Shown in pieces: positions 52,732 to 59,209 of a DNA stretch of 59,209 nt (position 1 is its first letter; each line of letters begins with the position of its first letter). The notes under the pieces are model-generated. The model had not been told where the DNA came from and did no database searches. It saw only the letters and a list, made by a program, of their open reading frames with translations. A program made the translations under genes and the position numbers. Source of the DNA: Aristaeellaceae bacterium (lineage in GTDB: Bacteria; Bacillota; Clostridia; Christensenellales; Aristaeellaceae); contig JBJEUL010000176.1 of assembly GCA_051883835.1 (NCBI GenBank), forward strand, positions 1 through 59,209. The letters are read 5' to 3'.

Positions 52732-55036
52732 AACCCTTGCCCCTGCCGGGAACCGGGAAGCCCTTGACCGGGCTGTCGCCGCCGGCGCGAATGCGGTGTA
52801 TCTGGGGTATGCCGCCTTTTCCGCCCGGGCCGGGGCGGGCAACTTTGATGAAGCCCAGCTGCGGGAGGCCGTGGCCTTTGCGCACCTGCATCATGTGCGC
52901 GTCCATGTGACGGTGAATACGCTGGTCAAGGACGGCGAACTGGCGCAGGTGCTGGACGTGCTGCGCCTGCTCCATGACATCCCGGTGGACGGCGTGCTGG
53001 TGCAGGACTTGGGCGTGCTGCGCCTGGCGCGGCAGTGCTTCCCGGCCTTGGCGGTGCATGCCAGCACGCAGATGGCCATCCACAACGCCGCCGGGGTGCG
53101 CTGGTGCCGCCGGATGGGCATGACCCGGGCGGTGCTGGCCCGGGAGTGCAGCCTGGAGGAAATCGCCCTGTGCGCCCGGGAGGGCATCGAGATTGAGGTG
53201 TTCGGCCATGGGGCGCAGTGCGTGGCGGTGAGCGGGCAGTGCCTGTTCTCCTCCATGATTGGCAGCCGTTCCGGCAACCGGGGCCGCTGTGCGCAGCCCT
53301 GCCGCCTGCCCTATACCTATCGGGGCCAAACGGCGGCATGGCTTTCGCCCCGGGATGTGTGCCTGCGGGACTATCTGCCGCAGCTGGCGCAGGCCGGGGC
53401 TGTTTCCCTGAAGATTGAGGGTCGGCTGAAGCGGCCCGAATATGTCGCTACGGTGGCAGGCAGCTACCGCCGGGCCATTGACAACTTGACGCGCGGCACC
53501 TTTGCTCCTGCGGACGCGCAGGAAAAGCGGAACCTGCTGCAAATCTTCCAGCGGGGCGGCTTCATGAACGGCTACGCGCTGGGCACGGAGGACGCGGGCG
53601 TTATCGCGGCAGACCGGGTGAATCATGGCGGTGTGGCACTGGGCACGGTGGAAGCCGTGGCAGGCGGCATGGCCCGGGTGCGGGTGCACCTGCCCCTGAA
53701 CGATGGGGACGGCCTGCAAATGCGGGGCCGTGCGGGGGATCAGGAAATGATTTACGCCGGAAAGCCCGTGGCGGCGGGGGAAATTGCCGTGCTTCGGCTG
53801 CGGCCCGACATGCGCGTGCGCCCCGGGGATGAGGTCGTCCGCCTGACGGACGCGGCGCAGCTGGAACGCGCCCGGGCATTGCCCCTTCCGACCATCCCGG
53901 TGGACATGCACCTAACGGCCATGCCCAGCGCACCCCTGACCCTGACGGTCACGGACGGGGAGAGCTCCGTCACCGTGGCTGGAGAAACGGTTGCACCCGC
54001 CAGGAACCGTGCCATGTCGCCCGAGGATGCCGTTCGCAGTCTGGACAAGACCGGCGACACGGCCTTTACCCTGCGCGACTGCCACGTGGATACGGCGAAT
54101 GCCTTTGTGCCGGTGTCGGCCCTCAATGCTCTGCGCCGGGAAGCCCTCACGCGCATGGCGGAGACGCGCAGCCGGGCCTTTGCCCTGCCAGCCGGACAGG
54201 AGCAGCCTGCCGACGCGCTCACCCTGTCCCGGGGCAAGGTGCCGAACATGGTCATCTTCCGCACGATGGAACAGCTTGCAGCGGTGCGGGACATGGATGC
54301 ACGGCTGGTCTGGTACCCGGAGGACTGGCGGGAGGAAGCCCTGACTGCCGCCCTGCCGGAGCTGCCGGAAGGCGTGTGGCTGCAGCTGCCCATGGCCTGT
54401 GAGCAGGCCACACTGGCCATGCTGCACGGCTTTGTCAGCCGTCACCGGGAGCATGTGAAGGGCGTGGTGCTGGGCAGCGTGGGGCAGCTGGGGATGGACT
54501 GGCCCGTGCCGTATGGCGCGGGGAGCGGCATTCCCGTGATGAACCGCCGCGCCGCGCAGCTGCTGTATGAGCAGGGGTGCGCCTTTGTGACGGCCTCGCC
54601 CGAGCTGACCGGCGGAGAGCTGGACACGCTGCTGGCGGGGAATATCCCGGCGGTTGTCCCGGCCTATGGACGGACGCAGTTGATGCTGCTGCACCACTGC
54701 CCGGCCCGAACCTACCTGGGCCTGAGCCATGGCCATGGGGCCTGCCGCCTGTGCGACCAGCACGACCCCAACGCCCTGGAGCATACCTGCCTGACCGACC
54801 GCAGGCATGTGGATTTCCCGCTGTTGCGGCTGCGGCTGCCGGAGGGCTGTCTGGTGCGGCTGATGAACAGCCTGCCCACGGACAACATCGCCCGTGTCCG
54901 CGCTGCCGGGTGGGCTGGACTGTATGAGCTGACGGACGAAGCCGGGGATGCTTTGCGGCAGGCATGCCTGTCCCTGCGGGGGCAGAAGGCCCAGCGGGAC
55001 ACCACGGCAGGCCACTGGTCGCGCCCGGTGGAATGA
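52724..55036 (+). CDS. Peptidase U32 family protein (long form with C-terminal extension)
   Basis: MLETLAPAGNREALDRAVAAGANAVYLG start, ARECSLEEI, Cys cluster GQCLFSS...RGRCAQPCR, EGRLKRPEYV. 8-nt overlap with zapA. Confidence 0.88.
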   Translation: MLETLAPAGNREALDRAVAAGANAVYLGYAAFSARAGAGNFDEAQLREAVAFAHLHHVRVHVTVNTLVKDGELAQVLDVLRLLHDIPVDGVLVQDLGVLRLARQCFPALAVHASTQMAIHNAAGVRWCRRMGMTRAVLARECSLEEIALCAREGIEIEVFGHGAQCVAVSGQCLFSSMIGSRSGNRGRCAQPCRLPYTYRGQTAAWLSPRDVCLRDYLPQLAQAGAVSLKIEGRLKRPEYVATVAGSYRRAIDNLTRGTFAPADAQEKRNLLQIFQRGGFMNGYALGTEDAGVIAADRVNHGGVALGTVEAVAGGMARVRVHLPLNDGDGLQMRGRAGDQEMIYAGKPVAAGEIAVLRLRPDMRVRPGDEVVRLTDAAQLERARALPLPTIPVDMHLTAMPSAPLTLTVTDGESSVTVAGETVAPARNRAMSPEDAVRSLDKTGDTAFTLRDCHVDTANAFVPVSALNALRREALTRMAETRSRAFALPAGQEQPADALTLSRGKVPNMVIFRTMEQLAAVRDMDARLVWYPEDWREEALTAALPELPEGVWLQLPMACEQATLAMLHGFVSRHREHVKGVVLGSVGQLGMDWPVPYGAGSGIPVMNRRAAQLLYEQGCAFVTASPELTGGELDTLLAGNIPAVVPAYGRTQLMLLHHCPARTYLGLSHGHGACRLCDQHDPNALEHTCLTDRRHVDFPLLRLRLPEGCLVRLMNSLPTDNIARVRAAGWAGLYELTDEAGDALRQACLSLRGQKAQRDTTAGHWSRPVE

Positions 55037-55078
55037 ACCGATGGAACGTTATGACAGATGATTCGAGGACAGAAGTTT

Positions 55079-57433
55079 ATGATGAAAGAGAAAACACTGC
55101 GCGTCCTGGAGTTTACAAAGATTCGTGATCAGCTGGCCGGCAAGGCCCTGACGGAGATGGGTGCGGAACGCTGCCGCGCCCTGACCCCCTCGTGCAACAT
55201 GGCTGAAATCCAGCTCTGGCAGCAGGAAACCGAGGAAGCCGCCGTTGTGCTGCAATACATGGGCGGCCACCCGATGATGGCCTTTCAGGACGTGCGGCCC
55301 TTCCTGATGATGGCCGAGAAGGGGGCAACGCTGTCCCCCCGGGCTCTGCTGAATGTGGCTGAGCTGCTGCGGGCTGCCCGCGTGGCCCGGGACGCGCTGG
55401 TCACCGACAGGGACAACACGCCCCTGCTGCGCGGCAAGGCCGAGGGCCTGTGCGTGCTGCGCAATCTGGAGCAGGATATCTCCGATGCCATCCTCTCGGA
55501 GGATGAGATTGCCGACCAGGCATCCAGCGAGCTGATGAACATCCGCCGGCATTTGCGGGGAGCCAATGAGCGCATCAAGGAGAAGCTGAACCAGATGGTG
55601 CGCAACCAGACCTTCCAAAAGTACCTGCAGGACCCCATCATCACCGTGCGCAATGACCGCTATGTGCTGCCGGTGAAGGCGGAATACCGCGCCAACGTGC
55701 CGGGCCTTGTGCATGACCAGTCCACCTCCGGGGCCACGCTGTTCATTGAGCCGCTGGCGGCGGTGGAGATGGGCAACGAGCTGAAGCAGTGGGAGCTCAA
55801 AGAGCGGCAGGAGATTGAACGCATTCTGGCCGCGCTGTCGGCGGAGGTGGCTCCCTACGCCGCCGCGCTGCGGGATACCATTGACCAGATGGCGGAGCTG
55901 GATTTCATCTTCGCCAAGGGCCTGCTGGCCCGGGAGCTGTTCGCCGTCACGCCCAAGCTCAATCAGGAAGGGCGTATCAACATCATCCGCGGACGGCATC
56001 CGCTCATTGACCGGGAGAAGGTCGTGCCCACCAACCTGTGGATGGGCCGGGACTTCACCACGCTCATCATCACCGGCCCCAACACCGGCGGCAAGACCGT
56101 CACGCTCAAAACCGTGGGCTTGTTCACGCTCATGGCGCAGGCCGGTTTGCAGGTGCCTGCGGATATCGGCACGGAGCTGGCGGTGTTCGAGCAGGTGTTT
56201 GCGGACATTGGCGATGAGCAGTCCATTGAGCAGAGCCTGTCCACCTTCTCCAGCCATATGGTGAACATCGTCAGCATCATGCAGGAGGTCACGCCCCGCG
56301 ACCTGGTGCTGTTCGATGAGCTGGGCGCAGGCACCGACCCCACCGAGGGTGCGGCACTGGCCCAGGCCATCCTGACGCGGCTTTTGCACATCCGTGTGCG
56401 GACGCTGGCCACCACCCATTACAGCGAATTGAAGGCCTTCGCGCTGTCCACCCGGGGCGTGGAGAACGCTTCCGTGGAGTTTGACGTGGAGACCCTGCGG
56501 CCGACCTACCGGCTGTCCATCGGCGTGCCGGGCAAGTCGAATGCCTTTGAAATCAGCCGCAAGCTGGGTCTGCCCGAGAACCTCATCGACGCCGCCAAGG
56601 AGCTGCTCTCCGGCGAGAACATCCGCTTTGAGGATGTGATTGCCAATGCGGAATACCACCGGCAGGTGGCCGAGCGCGAACGGGAAATCGCCGCGCAGGC
56701 CAGCGCAGAAACCGTCCGCCTGCGGGACGAGGCGGAGAAGCTGCGCAAGGAAATGGAGGAGAAGCGCGAAGGCGTCATGCGCAAGGCCAAGGAGGACGCC
56801 CGCCGCCTGATGGAGCAGACCCGCCGGGAATCCGAGAGCATCATCGCTGACCTGAAGCGCATGAAAAAGGAAATGCGCTCTCCCGATGCCGAAACCAACG
56901 CCATCCGCAAGCGCATTGAGCAGGGCGTGGACAGCCTCTCCGAGGGCCTGACCAAGAAGGTGGACAACACCCTGCCGCCCAAAACCGTCAAGCCCGGCGA
57001 CCGCGTGACCATTCTCACCCTGGGCCAGCAGGGCACGGTGCTTTCCGCCCCTGACAGCCGGGGCGAGGTGCAGCTGCAGGCAGGCATCATGAAATTCAAG
57101 GCGCACTTGTCGCAGCTGCGGCTCATCCGGGAGGAGCAGCCCAAGCAGAAGGCCACCGTCCGCACCGATACCGGCGCGATGACTCGCATGGCTCGGATGG
57201 AATGCGACGTGCGCGGCATGACCCTTGACGAAGCCCTCGATGCCGTCGACCAATTCCTGAACGAAGCCGTCCTCTCCGGCCTGAACGAGGTCTCCATCAT
57301 CCACGGCAAAGGCACCGGTGTCCTGCGCAGCGGCATCCAGCAGCACCTGCGCCATCACCTGCTGGTGAAAAGCAGCCGCCTTGGCATCTACGGCGAAGGC
57401 GAAACCGGCGTCACCATCGTCACCCTGAAATAA
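55079..57433 (+). CDS. mutS2: Endonuclease MutS2
   Basis: Walker A ITGPNTGGKT, LVLFDELGAGTDP, long coiled coil, C-terminal Smr domain (DVRGMTLDEAL...IIHGKGTGVLR). Confidence 0.93.
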   Translation: MMKEKTLRVLEFTKIRDQLAGKALTEMGAERCRALTPSCNMAEIQLWQQETEEAAVVLQYMGGHPMMAFQDVRPFLMMAEKGATLSPRALLNVAELLRAARVARDALVTDRDNTPLLRGKAEGLCVLRNLEQDISDAILSEDEIADQASSELMNIRRHLRGANERIKEKLNQMVRNQTFQKYLQDPIITVRNDRYVLPVKAEYRANVPGLVHDQSTSGATLFIEPLAAVEMGNELKQWELKERQEIERILAALSAEVAPYAAALRDTIDQMAELDFIFAKGLLARELFAVTPKLNQEGRINIIRGRHPLIDREKVVPTNLWMGRDFTTLIITGPNTGGKTVTLKTVGLFTLMAQAGLQVPADIGTELAVFEQVFADIGDEQSIEQSLSTFSSHMVNIVSIMQEVTPRDLVLFDELGAGTDPTEGAALAQAILTRLLHIRVRTLATTHYSELKAFALSTRGVENASVEFDVETLRPTYRLSIGVPGKSNAFEISRKLGLPENLIDAAKELLSGENIRFEDVIANAEYHRQVAEREREIAAQASAETVRLRDEAEKLRKEMEEKREGVMRKAKEDARRLMEQTRRESESIIADLKRMKKEMRSPDAETNAIRKRIEQGVDSLSEGLTKKVDNTLPPKTVKPGDRVTILTLGQQGTVLSAPDSRGEVQLQAGIMKFKAHLSQLRLIREEQPKQKATVRTDTGAMTRMARMECDVRGMTLDEALDAVDQFLNEAVLSGLNEVSIIHGKGTGVLRSGIQQHLRHHLLVKSSRLGIYGEGETGVTIVTLK

Positions 57434-57437
57434 GTCA

Positions 57438-57537
57438 ACTCCAAGCAATCGCGCCAGCGTCGAAGGGGTCAAGGGGCGATGCCCCTTGTGGGGTGCAGGG
57501 GCAACGCCCCTGCGCAGGTCTGGGCGGCAGCCCAGCG
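57438..57537 (+). repeat. Multi-hairpin intergenic repeat, copy J (module 1 only, truncated)
   Basis: Begins about 5 nt after the mutS2 TAA. Hairpin 2 has the C-G variant GCAGGGGC-AAC-GCCCCTGC. Ends at CCCAGCG. Confidence 0.85.
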
Positions 57538-57597
57538 TTCCCGGCAGGAAAACCCCAACGCTGTGGAGAATCCTGGCAAGCGGAGGTGCAATGAAGC

Positions 57598-58290
57598 ATG
57601 AAGGACAAGCCCTATATTTTACTGGTGGACGATGACCCCAACATCAGTCGCCTGGTGCAGCTGTATCTGGAGAAGGAAGGCTTCGAGGTCAAGACCGCCG
57701 ACCGGGGGGACGATGCCCTGGCAGCCTTTCGCCGTCTGCCCCCTGACCTGATGCTGCTGGACGTGATGCTCCCGGGCATGGACGGCTGGCAGGTGCTCAA
57801 GGCCATCCGCAAGACCAGCACGATTCCCATTATCATGCTCACCGCCAAGGACGAAACCTTCGACAAGGTGCTGGGGCTGGAGCTGGGCGCAGACGATTAC
57901 ATCACCAAGCCCTTTGACACCAAGGAGCTGGTGGCGCGGGTCAAGGCCGTGCTGCGCCGCACCCAGGGCGCGGAGGAGGAAAAACAGGAGGGCCTGTCCT
58001 TCCCGGGCCTCACCGTGAGCCTGACCCAGTACGAGGTGCATTACGAGGGCCGCAAGGTAGACATGCCCCCCAAGGAGCTGGAGGTGCTGCATTTCCTCGC
58101 CAGCCATCAAAATCAGGTGTTTACCAGGGAGCAGCTGCTGGAGCAGGTGTGGGGCTTCGACTTCTTCGGGGACAGCCGAACGGTGGATGTGCATATCAAG
58201 CGGCTGCGGGAAAAGCTGCAGGGCAGCGAAAAATATGGCTGGTGCATCAAGACCGTGTGGGGCGTGGGCTATAAGTTTGAAATGAAGTAA
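57598..58290 (+). CDS. OmpR-family response regulator
   Basis: Receiver ILLVDDDPNI...LMLLDVMLPGMDG...LTAK, winged-helix C-terminus TVDVHIKRLREKL...VWGVGYKF. Confidence 0.92.
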   Translation: MKDKPYILLVDDDPNISRLVQLYLEKEGFEVKTADRGDDALAAFRRLPPDLMLLDVMLPGMDGWQVLKAIRKTSTIPIIMLTAKDETFDKVLGLELGADDYITKPFDTKELVARVKAVLRRTQGAEEEKQEGLSFPGLTVSLTQYEVHYEGRKVDMPPKELEVLHFLASHQNQVFTREQLLEQVWGFDFFGDSRTVDVHIKRLREKLQGSEKYGWCIKTVWGVGYKFEMK

Positions 58291-58314
58291 GAGCAGAACC
58301 GGGGTGGCAAGGGT

Positions 58315-59209
58315 ATGTTCAAGCGAATCATGGCCGTGGTGATGGCCGTGGTGCTGATGGTGACGGTGGGCGCAACGGGCCTGTGCTGGGTGACGCTGCG
58401 CAATCAGCAGCAGTCGGCCCGGCTGGAAGCGTTGACCAAGGAAGCGCGGGAAATCGCATTCCTGGCGGCGCAGAACAGAAGCTCCACGCTGAACATCCTC
58501 CTCACCGGCGAGACAGGGCTGAGCCTTTACCTGGGCTGGAAGGCCGAGCAGGTCTACCGGGATTACGGCGCGTACATTGTGGTGGTGGACAGGCGGGGCC
58601 GCGTCATGGACAACATGAACCTGACCTCCTCCGCTGACCCGGCCTTTGCCGCCTCGCTCAACGGGCAGGAAATTACCGATGCACTGGTGAAGGTCATGGC
58701 AGGGAAGGAAATCTCCCTGCGGGTCATGGTGGGCGGAGACCCCATGTTCACCGTGGGTGTCCCCTTTGTGAGCAATGATACGGTGCTGGGCGCAGTGCTG
58801 ATTCAGACCCCGGCGCAGGTCATTGAGGGGGGCGTGGGGCCGCTGGTGGCACAGGTGGCCCTCATATCGCTGCTGGCCATCGCACTGGCGGCAGTGGGCC
58901 TGTTCGCCTATGTGCGGCGGGTCATGCGTCCGCTCCATGAGCTGACCCGGGCCGCACAGGCCATGGCAGGCGGGGACTTCAACACCCGAGTGCATTCCGA
59001 GCAGACCACGCCGGAAATGAACGGGCTGTCCGACGCCTTCAATACCATGGCAGCCAAGCTCAGCGAGCTGGAAAGCAGCAGGCGGGAGTTCGTGGCCAAT
59101 GTGAGCCATGAGCTGCGCAGCCCCATTACGTCCATCAGCGGCTTTGTCCACGGGATGGAGGACGGCACCATCCCCCCGGAGGAGCATCCGCGCTATCTGG
59201 CCCTGGTGG
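58315..59209 (+). CDS. Sensor histidine kinase, C-terminus cut by window edge
   Basis: My own translation from ATG 58315 stays open to the window end. It gives TM1, an extracellular domain, TM2, a HAMP domain (PLHELTRAAQAMAGGDFNTRV) and a HisKA H-box (FVANVSHELRSPITSI). Confidence 0.88.
   Translation, partial: MFKRIMAVVMAVVLMVTVGATGLCWVTLRNQQQSARLEALTKEAREIAFLAAQNRSSTLNILLTGETGLSLYLGWKAEQVYRDYGAYIVVVDRRGRVMDNMNLTSSADPAFAASLNGQEITDALVKVMAGKEISLRVMVGGDPMFTVGVPFVSNDTVLGAVLIQTPAQVIEGGVGPLVAQVALISLLAIALAAVGLFAYVRRVMRPLHELTRAAQAMAGGDFNTRVHSEQTTPEMNGLSDAFNTMAAKLSELESSRREFVANVSHELRSPITSISGFVHGMEDGTIPPEEHPRYLALV

Noticed and set aside
5000-57537. CRISPR array interpretation of the repeated sequence.
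   Set aside because: The repeats are 100-210 nt long and are separated by 3-13 kb of ordinary genes, not by 25-40 nt spacers. No cas genes are present.

Overview
GC-rich chromosomal core region of a spore-forming Clostridia-type Firmicute. The taxon call rests on yabP-yabQ-divIC, cwlD, a SCIFF peptide with its radical-SAM maturase, and PolC. I call 56 protein genes, about 47 on the + strand, in conserved housekeeping blocks: uppS-cdsA-dxr-rseP-ispG, polC, yabP-yabQ-divIC-ppx, rfbACBD, rluD-lspA, rsmA-dut, an M20 amidohydrolase with a 5-gene peptide ABC importer, secDF-recJ-relA-dtd, hemZ, zapA-U32-mutS2, and a two-component system cut by the window end. No rRNA, tRNA, CRISPR array, transposase or integrase was recognised. 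The main finding is a repeat family I cannot name. It has ten copies of a modular multi-hairpin element: five full-length (about 205-215 nt), three lacking hairpin 4 (about 185-195 nt) and two truncated to module 1 (about 100 nt). Nine copies run in gene orientation, and each of those starts 6-16 nt after the stop codon of the last gene of a transcription unit. The hairpins show compensatory base changes, and canonical terminators follow several copies, so the element probably sits in 3' UTRs. Other notable items are a dense cluster of same-orientation consensus DnaA boxes in an AT-richer island far from any dnaA gene, a SCIFF precursor with an unusually long C-terminal tail, a long operon leader with a Met-rich uORF, and a stand-alone C39-like peptidase attached to the peptide importer. 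All calls come from reading the sequence and the ORF track. No database search was run.
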